DNA of 64,000 nt from Poseidonia sp. (GCA_030827475.1 JAUREJ010000005.1:2128-66127); one strand, 5' to 3'. Positions 19,807 to 29,238 are shown, counted from the stretch's first letter. A program made the numbers and translations. The notes: generated from the letters alone by a model not told the origin.

Positions 19807-20895
19807 TCAGTCTTCCAGAACAAAGTTCTGCCAGCGGCGCATATAATCAATGAACACGGGGCTCAATGCTTGATTTTCCAGATGGTCCGTGCTGAACGGT
19901 GGCCGTGCTGGTTCAAGTGCCCCCTCTGTCAAGTACGAGGGCCAATTGTGATGGCCAATACCCGCTCGGGCAACACCGATGAAATCCGCTCCTTGCCTCA
20001 ATCCATGCTCAGCGTCCTCGGCGGTCCAAATAGCCCCTGTTGTGATGAGGGGGAGTTTACCGTTGACCCATTCTGCGAACCATTCAGTGTATCGTTGAGT
20101 TCGTTGGTCCAATGTCCCTTCCTCGTTGATGTCCCAACATGAGAGATGGAGAAAATCAAGTTCCCACCCCAAACAGGCCTTCGCCGTTGCCTTCGCGTCC
20201 TCCAAGGTGATGCCCGTCGAGGTTTGAACGGGAGACAAGCGAACACCGACGAGAAATTCTGGCGAAGTGTGCTGGCGGACCTCTTTCACGATGGCGGAAA
20301 GGAACCGATGCCTCGCTTCGGTAGAGCCCCCCCAAGCATCGGTTCGCTGATTGCTCGTTGGCCCAAGAAATTGAGAAATCAAATACCCGTGGGCACCGTG
20401 GAGTTCAATGCCGTCAAAACCAGCCTCCTCGCACCGGCGAGCAGCTTGGCCGAAGGCATGCAGCGTGCCGTGGATTTCGTGCACTTCCATGGCACGTGCC
20501 GTCACATTTGGAGATACGCTGTGGGTGGATGCTGATTTAGGCTGGACGCCCGTGATTTCTTCAGGCGCCCTTATTCCGCCGTGGAAAAGTTGAGCCAAGG
20601 CGAGGGCACCGTGTTTTTTGATAGAACGCGCTGTCTTCGTCATGCCGGGTAGGAAAGCATCGGAATACGTAGCGAATGCTCCGTTCCAACCCTTTCCATC
20701 GGCTTCAACATGGGTGGCTGCGGTAAACACCATCCCAAAACCCCCCCTGGCTCTTGCTTCCAGCCATTTCACTTCAGCCTCCGAGATTTCCCCGCTCTCG
20801 TGGCTTTGTTTGTTGGTCATCGCCGCTAGGACACAACGGTTTCTAACCTCGATGCCCGCCCGCTCAAAAACAAAGGGTTGGAGGGCTGGGTGCAT
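19807..20895 (-). CDS. NADH:flavin oxidoreductase, Old Yellow Enzyme family
   Basis: MHPALQPFVFERAGIEVRNRCVLAAMTN... with GFDGIELHGAHGYLISQFL (OYE TIM-barrel motifs). The ORF-track start at 20979 would overlap tRNA-Gly. The ATG at 20895 gives the canonical N-terminus. Confidence 0.8.
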   Translation of the reverse strand: MHPALQPFVFERAGIEVRNRCVLAAMTNKQSHESGEISEAEVKWLEARARGGFGMVFTAATHVEADGKGWNGAFATYSDAFLPGMTKTARSIKKHGALALAQLFHGGIRAPEEITGVQPKSASTHSVSPNVTARAMEVHEIHGTLHAFGQAARRCEEAGFDGIELHGAHGYLISQFLGPTSNQRTDAWGGSTEARHRFLSAIVKEVRQHTSPEFLVGVRLSPVQTSTGITLEDAKATAKACLGWELDFLHLSCWDINEEGTLDQRTQRYTEWFAEWVNGKLPLITTGAIWTAEDAEHGLRQGADFIGVARAGIGHHNWPSYLTEGALEPARPPFSTDHLENQALSPVFIDYMRRWQNFVLED

Positions 20896-20973
20896 GATTG
20901 TGTTGTGACGAGCCCTCAAATCATGTTTTCCAACCACAGGCCTCATGAATCCGAGCAAACTGGCGTGAGATGG

Positions 20974-21045
20974 GCACACGTGATCTAGCGGTTATGATGG
21001 GAGGTTCCCAACCTCTCTACCCGAGTTCGAGTCTCGGCGTGTGCA
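20974..21045 (+). tRNA. tRNA-Gly (anticodon CCC)
   Basis: Hand-folded. Acceptor GCACACG/CGTGTGC. Anticodon stem GGAGG/CCTCT with loop TT-CCC-AA. T arm CCGAG-TTCGAGT-CTCGG. No CCA and no intron. Confidence 0.9.
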
Positions 21046-21046
21046 C

Positions 21047-22057
21047 TCATGTCGACCGTTTTTTTGATTGGGGGGAGGTCAGCGCCATGATGTGCCGGTG
21101 CATGCTCGGAAGCATCTCAAACATGATGAGCGCCATCAAGAACATCGCAAATAAACTGACGAACCGAGCGACATAGGTGTGGCCGAATTCAAACACGCTC
21201 ATCCCCCACAAATCCCATTGGGTGTAGTTCATGTGCATCCAAATCAAGCCGGCATTTCGGAACAAGTTCAGGAGATGAATGAGCGGTAAGATCAGCAAGA
21301 GTGCTCGGACCCTTTGTTTCCATGACAGTTCCAAGACGGAGATGGCGCCGATGAAGAGGACCATGGATTGAATCGCCGTACAAGCCAAGACGAAATTGAT
21401 GCCGATCAGGCCGCCATCTGCGAGGAGAAGTTCGGATTGAAAGGCATATTCTCCGGTGAAGTCCGTCGCAAACCATCGGTTCCCTTCCCATTCCTCCCAA
21501 GAAACACGGCCGCTTGGGTCATTGACCCAAGTGGTGCCGATTTCGATTTCTTGCCCGGTCGCAAAACCGAGAAACCAAGCCGATTGTGAAGCCACAAACC
21601 AAATGGCAAGCACACTCAGATACGGAACATACGTCACCAGCATGTAGGGCCCTCCAGCGAAAGCAACGGTCCCTCGAGCCCAAACCAGAGCCTTGTGCTG
21701 CTCTTCCTCGGCCGTTTTTTCAAACCAAGCAGCCCAACACGCCAGCGGGAGGGTAAGCGTGCACAGAATGGTGAGGACGAGGTCATCGTGTTCAAGGTAG
21801 GTCCAGGCTTGGGTGAAAAAGGAAAACCCAACAAAAACCCATCCGACTTGCGCGAGGCGTAGGCCGCCTTGACGGCGTCTCAACCAAGATATGCCCAAAG
21901 CCAGCATGCCGAGGCCACCAATCAACGCGGAGGTGGATTCGCTGACCAGCACATGATGCCCTTGTGGTGGATGGTTTTGAACCTCTCTCCTCCTCAACAA
22001 AACCCAAGGGCGTCTTTGTCCACCGACCGTCATGGAGGGGCCGTATGTTCGCGTCAC
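21047..22057 (-). CDS. Archaeosortase/exosortase-family integral membrane transpeptidase
   Basis: Polytopic protein with the family's Cys/Arg/His signature contexts: INFVLACTAIQSMVLFIG, LLNLFRNAGLIWM and FEFGHTYVARFVSLF. The start is uncertain (22057 or 22033). Confidence 0.6.
   Translation of the reverse strand: MTRTYGPSMTVGGQRRPWVLLRRREVQNHPPQGHHVLVSESTSALIGGLGMLALGISWLRRRQGGLRLAQVGWVFVGFSFFTQAWTYLEHDDLVLTILCTLTLPLACWAAWFEKTAEEEQHKALVWARGTVAFAGGPYMLVTYVPYLSVLAIWFVASQSAWFLGFATGQEIEIGTTWVNDPSGRVSWEEWEGNRWFATDFTGEYAFQSELLLADGGLIGINFVLACTAIQSMVLFIGAISVLELSWKQRVRALLLILPLIHLLNLFRNAGLIWMHMNYTQWDLWGMSVFEFGHTYVARFVSLFAMFLMALIMFEMLPSMHRHIMALTSPQSKKRST
21059..21065 (+). terminator. T7 tract 14 nt downstream of tRNA-Gly
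   Basis: TTTTTTT follows the tRNA directly. It lies within the 3' end of the convergent archaeosortase ORF, where it encodes KK on the other strand. Confidence 0.35.
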
Positions 22058-22688
22058 GACGGAGGTGCCCTTTGAACAACGTCAACAAGCTCCCATTGCA
22101 TTTCTGGATAGGGACGGCGTGGTGAACATCGGGCGGCCAGGATATGTCAACACGGCCACCGAGGTCGTGCTATTGCCGGGTGCAGCAACGAGCATAGGGG
22201 CGTTGAAGCAACAAGGTTACTTGGTTTGCATTGTCACCAACCAGTCTCCTCTTTCGCGTGGCCTGTGGGGGCCAACCCAACTTGAGGAGATTCATCGGTC
22301 CCTTCAGTCGAAGCTTCTGAGGGAGGATCCAAATGCACATATTGATGCCTTTATCACGTGCCCACATCGGTTTGAAGACCAATGTTCGTGTCGCAAACCA
22401 TCACCAAACATGTTGCACCTGGGCCATCACCTGCTTCGGGCTGATGCCCGCTTTTCAAGCGATGAATTGCACAATGCAGGCAAACAATACGGTGTTGTGG
22501 ATTGGTGGGGGGACAAGCCGCAACCGTTTCACGGATTGGACGCCATGGTTGGCGACCGTCGCTCGGACATGGGAGCTGGGTGGGGTTACGGAGCGAGGTT
22601 GTTCCGTGTTTCTCGTGATGTCGGTTTGGTCCAAGTTGAACAACGCGTCTTGGACGAAAACGACCAAGGTGATTCGTTTCAACCCTGA
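22032..22688 (+). CDS. HAD-IIIA phosphatase (GmhB / histidinol-phosphatase-like)
   Basis: AFLDRDGVVN (DxD nucleophile motif), IVTNQS, and CPHRFEDQCSCRKP (Zn-binding loop typical of GmhB). A GTG at 22065 is a plausible shorter start that avoids overlap with the divergent gene. Confidence 0.75.
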   Translation: MEGPYVRVTTEVPFEQRQQAPIAFLDRDGVVNIGRPGYVNTATEVVLLPGAATSIGALKQQGYLVCIVTNQSPLSRGLWGPTQLEEIHRSLQSKLLREDPNAHIDAFITCPHRFEDQCSCRKPSPNMLHLGHHLLRADARFSSDELHNAGKQYGVVDWWGDKPQPFHGLDAMVGDRRSDMGAGWGYGARLFRVSRDVGLVQVEQRVLDENDQGDSFQP

Positions 22689-22697
22689 GGTGGTGCA

Positions 22698-23894
22698 ATG
22701 GGTTGGCTAGGGCTTGACGATACGGATTCCTTGAACGGCGGATGCACCACGGAAGTGTTTCATCGCCTGCTGAACGGACTTCCCGAAGATGCGGAGTTGG
22801 GTACGCCCCGCTTGGTGAGGTTGTGGCCGTTCGCCCAGAGGCGGACGCGTGGGAACGCCGCAGTAGCGGTTGAAATTCGTTCAAACGACGAGCCCGCCCT
22901 CCTCAACCATCTTGACCGCTGGTGGAAAAATCACATTTTTCCCCTGACGGGAGACGTTCAAGAATCAACGATCTCCGAGCGCGTCCAAACCCCTGCGAGC
23001 CCGGGGATGGTTTGGTTTTCCCGACCGCCAGATGCGGCGATCTATTGGGCGGCGGTACGGGGAGAGGTGTCCGAAGAAGACCTTCCCAAACCCTTACGAC
23101 GCTGGGGCGGTCACGGTTGCATTGGAGCCACCGCAGCCGTGGCTTGGCCTGCTATGACGTTCACTTGGGAAGCGATTGCGTGGCGCAAAAACGGTGCGAA
23201 TGGCCCTCGTTTCGTCGATGAGAATACCCTCCTGATGTTGGACGCTTGGCCTGAGGTCGTGTTTTCTCGAGACCCTCGTCGTGGAAAACAATTGGTTGCT
23301 CCCCGGGGTGTTTCACCGGTTCTCTTTGGCCTCCGTGCCCTCTCAGAGTCAACCGCTGAACGTGCATGCCGCACTTTGCTCAACGCAGAAGATACGGAGG
23401 AGGCGATGGGTTGGCGAGTTTTTCAAACCAACCAAGCCAGCGGGGACCACTTGGAAGGAAGCATTATCGGAGATGTCCTCGCACTTGAGGTTGATTCGGT
23501 TCGTAAGCACGCGATGTTGACCGTATCCGAAAATACATTGATTCGGGTTTTTGCAGAAAGCGGGCCCGTAAATGCTCTCGCCCGCTGGTTGATGCCGGGT
23601 GACAGAATTGAGGTTCGAGGGCTTCGTCATCCTGACGGGAGTGTGCATGCAGAACAGATGCGACTGGTTGAGAGTGTTCCAAGGGCCCGTCTTCGCCCGC
23701 TTTGTCCATCTTGTGGGCATCGTATGAAGAGCATGGGCTCAGGCCAAGGGGTTCGTTGTCCCATCTGCAAGCACCGCAGTGGGGACGACTGGGTTTCTGT
23801 TGAATCCAAACCTCCGTACGAAAGTTGGGTTGAGCCGGAAGTTGACGGTCGCCGCCATCTCGCTCGTCCCCTTGAATGGAGAAAAAATCAATGA
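22698..23894 (+). CDS. tiaS: tRNA(Ile2) 2-agmatinylcytidine synthetase TiaS
   Basis: N-terminal MGWLGLDDTDSLNGGCTT (TiaS kinase-like motif), an OB-like middle region, and a C-terminal zinc ribbon CPSCGHRMKS..RCPICKH. Confidence 0.8.
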   Translation: MGWLGLDDTDSLNGGCTTEVFHRLLNGLPEDAELGTPRLVRLWPFAQRRTRGNAAVAVEIRSNDEPALLNHLDRWWKNHIFPLTGDVQESTISERVQTPASPGMVWFSRPPDAAIYWAAVRGEVSEEDLPKPLRRWGGHGCIGATAAVAWPAMTFTWEAIAWRKNGANGPRFVDENTLLMLDAWPEVVFSRDPRRGKQLVAPRGVSPVLFGLRALSESTAERACRTLLNAEDTEEAMGWRVFQTNQASGDHLEGSIIGDVLALEVDSVRKHAMLTVSENTLIRVFAESGPVNALARWLMPGDRIEVRGLRHPDGSVHAEQMRLVESVPRARLRPLCPSCGHRMKSMGSGQGVRCPICKHRSGDDWVSVESKPPYESWVEPEVDGRRHLARPLEWRKNQ

Positions 23895-23947
23895 AAACGT
23901 TCTCCCTCACGAAAGCATGAAAAGGACTTGATTCCGTAATTGCTTTC

Positions 23948-24205
23948 ATGGACCCTGAAACGACACGCACCGTTGGCCTCTTTGTCGGTGCCCTTTCTCT
24001 TTTGGTCATGCTTTGGTTTATCAGTCAACGTGCGATGAAAAATCGCATGAAGATGATGGAGGACAACGCCCCGAAAATCGCAGGTGAAGACACCCTCGAA
24101 GGGGGTGCCCGTAACCCCCAGCTCTTTGACGAGCCGGACGATGACGCCCTTGACGAGATGGCGAAATTGCTGGGCGAAGACGATGATTCAGAGATGGAAG
24201 CCTGA
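23948..24205 (+). CDS. Small single-pass membrane protein with an acidic C-terminal tail
   Basis: 85 aa. TM segment VGLFVGALSLLVMLWFI, then DEPDDDALDEMAKLLGEDDDSEMEA. No recognisable family. Confidence 0.4.
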   Translation: MDPETTRTVGLFVGALSLLVMLWFISQRAMKNRMKMMEDNAPKIAGEDTLEGGARNPQLFDEPDDDALDEMAKLLGEDDDSEMEA

Positions 24206-25141
24206 ATCGTCCAACGTTAGCGAGATCGCTTCCGTTCTTGTTTGCAGTACCCGGTGTTGCTGCCGCTCACCTCGCCAGAGTCTCCAGATCTCAAAACCCA
24301 TCTTTTCCATGCGTTCCGATGCTCGGGCGACGATGGGGTCCGTTGTTGAGCCGCTTGCATCGATGCTGCCCTTTGAGATGAGGAGGAGCGTCATGCCTTC
24401 AGGCACGCCGTTAGTGAAACGCTCAATTTGGTCGAGGTGAACTGCCTCGATGCGCCCACTCGATGGACACCAATCGTCAAGGACCACGAGGCCAACGCTC
24501 GGCAACGAGTTTGTTGCCTCAAGCAAAGCATCGATGGCTCGTTCGAATTTTCCTCCAAAATTCATGGCGTGAAAACGTGAGCTTTCAACCAATGAAAGGT
24601 GCTCGAAAAGTTGGGAAAATCGTGTGGGGTCGGGCATCTCGGTCGAAACCCAGAGAACACGCTTTCCAGCGTTGATCGTATCGGCTGCGGCATGGAGTCC
24701 CACCGAGGTTCCTCCGGTGCTACCTTCGACCGCAAGATGGATACGACGCTCGTTGAGAGCAAAATCAAACCGTTCCATGCGCCCCCACGTGGGGCAACGG
24801 TGAATGAGGCTTGTGGAGGTGTGATGATTCGTAAGGGCTATGACCTCTGCCACGTTCCACGGTGCATGGCTGGTGATGTACGAGAGGGCGAGCGCATTCC
24901 TCGAAGACCTGCGCCGGAGTTTGAAGAGGCCGGCAGTTTTGTTGAGGCCATCTCCCGAGATGGCTTCTTTGGAACGGCGTTGGACGATAAAAACCAGTAC
25001 GGCCCTGTAGCGATGATGGTGCTCTTGCTCATCGTCGCCGCCATCACCGGAACCGTGATTCGCCTGCTCGGCTAAATCGCCCACCTTGCGACCCTTGGCC
25101 AAGGGAAACATCATACCCCCTTTGTCCCCGTGTTGACCCAT
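24188..25141 (-). CDS. RecA/KaiC-superfamily-like protein with a degenerate Walker A (start uncertain)
   Basis: The C-terminal ~195 aa read RIHLAVEGSTGGTSVGLHAA (P-loop without Lys), VLWVST and GLVVLDDW (Walker B-like). The ATG at 24778 (MERFDF) gives 197 aa. Codon 3rd-position GC stays high in this frame up to about 24950, so a longer form with an HTH-like segment (WNVAEVIALTNHHTSTSLIHR) is possible. Confidence 0.5.
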   Translation of the reverse strand: MGQHGDKGGMMFPLAKGRKVGDLAEQANHGSGDGGDDEQEHHHRYRAVLVFIVQRRSKEAISGDGLNKTAGLFKLRRRSSRNALALSYITSHAPWNVAEVIALTNHHTSTSLIHRCPTWGRMERFDFALNERRIHLAVEGSTGGTSVGLHAAADTINAGKRVLWVSTEMPDPTRFSQLFEHLSLVESSRFHAMNFGGKFERAIDALLEATNSLPSVGLVVLDDWCPSSGRIEAVHLDQIERFTNGVPEGMTLLLISKGSIDASGSTTDPIVARASERMEKMGFEIWRLWRGERQQHRVLQTRTEAISLTLDDSGFHL

Positions 25142-25580
25142 GAGTGAAGGCTCGGTGAATGTTGAGAGCCGAACCTCCTCTCAAGACAAACGCTGGACCA
25201 TCATGGCGGCGTTGCTCGGTACGAACACAGCGATCCTTCTGTTCCAAGGGATTGAACAGTCCAGAGATTACAACGCTGTTCGGGAGGTGGCGCTTTCCAT
25301 CATCGCTGCTGCTTTGCCTTTCCAAGCCATCTACTTCCTCATCTACACCTTCATCCTCGAGCATGAAGCACAACTGAGTTCCGGCCGCCTTCACAAACTT
25401 GCCTTGGCTTCAGCCCTGTGTCAGGTCGTCTCCTATGCGTCGCTCATCGGTGTGGCCGTGATGTGGTACGAGACATCGGCTTGGGTTGGCCTTTCCTTTA
25501 CCTTGTCTTCCGTTCTCGCTCTCTTCCTCATCAGGGCGGTCATGGGTCCTGTCAAGGAAACCGTTATGGCCGAAGCATGA
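25140..25580 (+). CDS. Hypothetical 4-TM membrane protein
   Basis: 146-aa ORF with four hydrophobic helices. No recognisable motif. An alternative ATG lies at 25203. Confidence 0.45.
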   Translation: MSEGSVNVESRTSSQDKRWTIMAALLGTNTAILLFQGIEQSRDYNAVREVALSIIAAALPFQAIYFLIYTFILEHEAQLSSGRLHKLALASALCQVVSYASLIGVAVMWYETSAWVGLSFTLSSVLALFLIRAVMGPVKETVMAEA

Positions 25581-25642
25581 CGTGTTTTCCACTCAATCTT
25601 ACGAAAGGCAAGGTTGATTTAGCGAGGCGAATGCCTTGAAAC

Positions 25643-26992
25643 ATGGCCTTCTGCCCGCTCGATTACCGCTACGGTTGTCAGGATTTCAAACACATTTGGT
25701 CTGAACAAGGCCGCCATGAACGGCAGCTTGAGGTTGAAAGGGCGTTGATTTGGGCCCACTGGCAACTTGGCCGAGTAACGGAGGCTGACTACAACGCCGT
25801 GGCCGCCATCGCTAACCCGAACGATGTGACCAAGGAACGTGTTAGCGAAATCGAGGCAGAGACCCGACACGACATCATGGCCCTCACCAAAGCCATGGCT
25901 GAGGCGGCGGGTGATGCAGGGTGGTGCATCCACCTCGGAGCAACTTCCAACGATATTGTGGATACGGCAGTCGGCCTTCAGTTGCGGGACAGCATGGTTC
26001 TCCTCCGGGAACAACTGTGCAACTTGATCAGGGTGTGTGCCGATGTAGCTGAACGTGAACGAGACACGGTCATGCTTGGGCGAACCCACGGTCAGGCTGC
26101 AGTCCCCATCACGTTTGGATTGAAAGCAGCGGTTTGGCTTGATGAATTGCGGCGGCAATTGATTCGCCTGGACGAGGCATCTCCCCGCGTTGCAGTCGGC
26201 AAATTCCTGGGAGCGGTGGGCACCGGTGCAGCCCAAGGTGAACACGCTCGAGAACTTCAACGCTTGATCCTCACTCACCTCGGATTGGGCGTGCCGCTGG
26301 CAACCACACAAGTTGTTGGTAGGGACCGTTATGTGGAGTACGTGTCTTGGTTGGCCAACGTCGCCACGACCTGCGAGAAAATCCTCCAGGAGATTCGCAA
26401 CCTCCAACGTTCAGAATTGTCCGAGGCCGGCGAGGGTTTTGATATCAAAAAGCAAGTTGGTTCATCGACCATGGCTCACAAAAAGAACCCCATTAAGTCC
26501 GAAAACGCGTCCGGTTTGGCTCGAATCGTCAGGTCATTTATCATCCCAACCTACGAAAACGCCCTTTTGTGGCACGAACGCGACCTCGCCAATTCCAGCA
26601 GCGAACGTTTCACCCTTTCACACGCTTCGGCACTTTGCGAAGACGTGATGGCTAAGACAGCGGATGTCTTGACCAACATGTGGGTTGACCGTGAGCGCTG
26701 CCTTGCGAACATTCACGCACAACGCGGTTTGGTGATGGCAGAAAAGGTGATGATTGAACTGGTCGATCATGGAATGCCACGGGATGAAGCTCACGAAGTC
26801 CTTCGAGCAGCCTCGTTTGAAGCCGTGGAGAAAAAAGAGGAACTCATCGATGTGTGCAGTCGGACACCGGCCATCGCTGCAGCGTTCTCTGCAGAGGAAT
26901 TGGAACGGATGTTTGACCCCATGAACCACGTTGGCGTCGCAGGTGAAATCGTCGATGAATGCGTCGTTCTTGCACGAGAAGCCGTTCAGTGA
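25643..26992 (+). CDS. purB: Adenylosuccinate lyase
   Basis: HLGATSNDIVDTA and GSSTMAHKKNP (fumarate-lyase superfamily signature), with PurB-like length and N-terminus (CPLDYRYG). Confidence 0.9.
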   Translation: MAFCPLDYRYGCQDFKHIWSEQGRHERQLEVERALIWAHWQLGRVTEADYNAVAAIANPNDVTKERVSEIEAETRHDIMALTKAMAEAAGDAGWCIHLGATSNDIVDTAVGLQLRDSMVLLREQLCNLIRVCADVAERERDTVMLGRTHGQAAVPITFGLKAAVWLDELRRQLIRLDEASPRVAVGKFLGAVGTGAAQGEHARELQRLILTHLGLGVPLATTQVVGRDRYVEYVSWLANVATTCEKILQEIRNLQRSELSEAGEGFDIKKQVGSSTMAHKKNPIKSENASGLARIVRSFIIPTYENALLWHERDLANSSSERFTLSHASALCEDVMAKTADVLTNMWVDRERCLANIHAQRGLVMAEKVMIELVDHGMPRDEAHEVLRAASFEAVEKKEELIDVCSRTPAIAAAFSAEELERMFDPMNHVGVAGEIVDECVVLAREAVQ

Positions 26993-27633
26993 AACGACAG
27001 ATGGCCTCGCCGACCGTCCCAAGAGGCCGACCATTCGATTTCAAGCCGGCCCGGCAAATGAGGCCCCCCAAGGACCAATGTTTCGTATTCGCCACCTTCA
27101 CCTTCCACGTGGAAGCGGTGTTTTTTTGCAAGCTCGTTCAGTCGGGAAAAGGAATTTTCGGTTAGCACGTGCCCGAGCCATGTTTCATCCAATCCATCCG
27201 CTGACACGCTTGTGATCATGATCTCAAAACCGTTGGCAACCATGTCGTTGACGTGTTGAAAACCGTCTTGATGCCAAAGCGGTGTCCAACTGCGAATCCC
27301 CAAACGCTCCGCCATCCGCTCGAGGCGAGATTTTTGGTAGTCCGAGCGCAAAGCACCGCTCACAAAACCATCGATTTCCCGATTCTTGAGTGCACAAGCC
27401 AAGGCTTCAAGATCATCGGGTGTGCTACCGGTTGCCTCGACTTCAACCCATTGTACACCTGCGAGTTTGGCTTGCTGACCCACCAATCGCGTCCCGGGAA
27501 TTTGGAACATGGGTGAATCATCGCCCGTGATTCGAACGGTGACCAAGGAATCAACCGTCCATCCCTGGCACATGGCCCACCACCATGCAGCGGCCGAATC
27601 TTTGCCTCCCGAAGAGAGGACGGCCACGCGCAT
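26986..27633 (-). CDS. Diphthine--ammonia ligase (Dph6-type ATP pyrophosphatase, MJ0570 family)
   Basis: MRVAVLSSGGKDS (PP-loop), GALRSDYQKSRLE, PLWH, GEGGEYETLV. Confidence 0.8.
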   Translation of the reverse strand: MRVAVLSSGGKDSAAAWWWAMCQGWTVDSLVTVRITGDDSPMFQIPGTRLVGQQAKLAGVQWVEVEATGSTPDDLEALACALKNREIDGFVSGALRSDYQKSRLERMAERLGIRSWTPLWHQDGFQHVNDMVANGFEIMITSVSADGLDETWLGHVLTENSFSRLNELAKKHRFHVEGEGGEYETLVLGGPHLPGRLEIEWSASWDGRRGHLSFH

Positions 27634-27787
27634 GGTTGGACGTGGGAGGGCCGCTTCATGAGACTATGCGTGGGCGTGGGTTGATACGAGACGGGGTTTT
27701 CAAAGGGGTGGCACGGGAAGAGAACCCATCCATTTCAACCCTCATCCTCTTAAAGTGTCAACCGAACCAAGAACCTGAGGTCAGACC

Positions 27788-28510
27788 ATGCAACCAAGCG
27801 GACGAGGATACGATCACGGAATCACCACTTTCAGCCCAGACGGACGACTCTTTCAAGTCGAATACGCCCGTGAATCCGTCAAGCGAGGGACCACCACGGC
27901 TGGATTGAAATTCAAAGACGGTGTCGTTTTGGTGTGCGATAAACGCATCATCAGCCGACTGATCATCCCTGAATCCATCGAAAAGATGTTCAAAATCGAC
28001 GGCCACATCGGAATCGCAACCTCCGGCCTCGTGGCAGACGCACGCCAACTTGTTGCTCGTGCACGAGTTGAGGCTCAAATCAACCGCATCACCTACGGGG
28101 CTACCGTTCCCGTTGACGTCATGGTGAAGAAAATCTGCGACTTCAAGCAGTCGTTCACCCAATACGGTGGCTCCCGTCCTTTCGGAACAGCCCTCTTGAT
28201 TGGAGGTGTTGACGACAGCGGCATCCATCTGTACGAAACCGACCCCTCCGGAGCATACCAGTCCTACCATGCTGGCGCCATCGGCAGTGGTCGAAACACG
28301 GTCATCGAGTTCTTTGAGGACAACTGGAAGGAGAACATGACTCTCAACGCCGCCATGAAACTTGGACTCGAGGCCCTGCGTTCTGCCAACGATGCTGAAC
28401 TCAACAGGGATGCTGTCGAGGTGACGGTCGTTGACAACAACGGCTACCGAGTCCTTGACAGGGAGGAAGTCAACAAGCAAATCGACCGACTCAAGCCTCT
28501 CGAGGATTGA
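27788..28510 (+). CDS. psmA: Proteasome subunit alpha
   Basis: YDHGITTFSPDGRLFQVEYA, the canonical alpha-subunit N-terminus. 240 aa. Confidence 0.95.
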   Translation: MQPSGRGYDHGITTFSPDGRLFQVEYARESVKRGTTTAGLKFKDGVVLVCDKRIISRLIIPESIEKMFKIDGHIGIATSGLVADARQLVARARVEAQINRITYGATVPVDVMVKKICDFKQSFTQYGGSRPFGTALLIGGVDDSGIHLYETDPSGAYQSYHAGAIGSGRNTVIEFFEDNWKENMTLNAAMKLGLEALRSANDAELNRDAVEVTVVDNNGYRVLDREEVNKQIDRLKPLED

Positions 28511-28551
28511 GCAAGGAGGGCGCCTGAGGCAAATCGCCGAGGTGATGGTGC

Positions 28552-29238
28552 ATGGTCAGCCTTGATGACGCCGTGCTTGCCCGTCTCGAGAAAGGTGGAA
28601 AGCGGTACGAAGTCTTGGTTGACCCCGTCTTGGTCGAGATGTTCAAATCCGACCCCAGCAGCGTAGACATCAACGACTTCCTTGCGATGGACGAGGTTTT
28701 TCACGATGCACGTGGTGGTGAACGACCAACCGAGGAAGCCATTGAATCTGTTTTTCAGACCCAAGACATCACGGCCATCACCACCATCATTCTTGACAAG
28801 GGCTCCATTCAGCTCACCACGGCTCAACGAAAGGCGATGGTTGAAACCATGCGGCAGAAAATCATCCACCACATTCACACGCAGGCCGTCGATCCTAAAA
28901 CAAAATCACCTCATCCGAAAACCAGGATTGAATTGGCCCTTGAGGAATCTCGGTATTCGGTTGATCCGTTCAAGCGCCTTGAGGACCAGGTCAAGGACGC
29001 CATTGGGAAGTTGAAGCCGCTGATTCCCCTCTCGTTTGAAACGGTTCGTTTGGCATTCAAAGTTCCAGGTTCGGCTTACGGAGGCGTGAACCAAGTTCTC
29101 CGTGCATACCAGCAAAAAGAAGGCTGGTTAGAGGACGGTTCGTGGGCATCCGTCATCGAGTGCCCTGCGGGCATGAAAGGTGAACTCATCGGCCTCGTGA
29201 TGCGAAAAAGCGCAGATGCTGAAGTCAAAGAACTCTAA
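28552..29238 (+). CDS. SBDS-family ribosome maturation protein
   Basis: ARLEKGGKRYEVLVDP FYSH-domain start, correct length, and the conserved position between psmA and rrp4. Confidence 0.85.
   Translation: MVSLDDAVLARLEKGGKRYEVLVDPVLVEMFKSDPSSVDINDFLAMDEVFHDARGGERPTEEAIESVFQTQDITAITTIILDKGSIQLTTAQRKAMVETMRQKIIHHIHTQAVDPKTKSPHPKTRIELALEESRYSVDPFKRLEDQVKDAIGKLKPLIPLSFETVRLAFKVPGSAYGGVNQVLRAYQQKEGWLEDGSWASVIECPAGMKGELIGLVMRKSADAEVKEL

Noticed and set aside
19718-21045. A single OYE oxidoreductase gene bracketed by tRNA-Arg and tRNA-Gly, considered as a possible tRNA-targeted integration islet.
   Set aside because: I saw no integrase, no direct repeat of a tRNA 3' end and no obvious compositional break. 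Ordinary gene order is the more likely explanation.
24599-25075. A plus-strand 158-aa ORF, or an 83-aa version from the ATG at 24824, overlapping the N-terminal extension of the KaiC-like ORF.
   Set aside because: I did not call it as a feature because the two strands give conflicting codon-bias signals and neither has a family motif there. It is reported as an unresolved finding instead.
27758-28480. A 240-aa minus-strand ORF mirroring psmA almost exactly.
   Set aside because: The plus strand encodes an unmistakable proteasome alpha subunit, so the mirror ORF is a codon-bias artefact.
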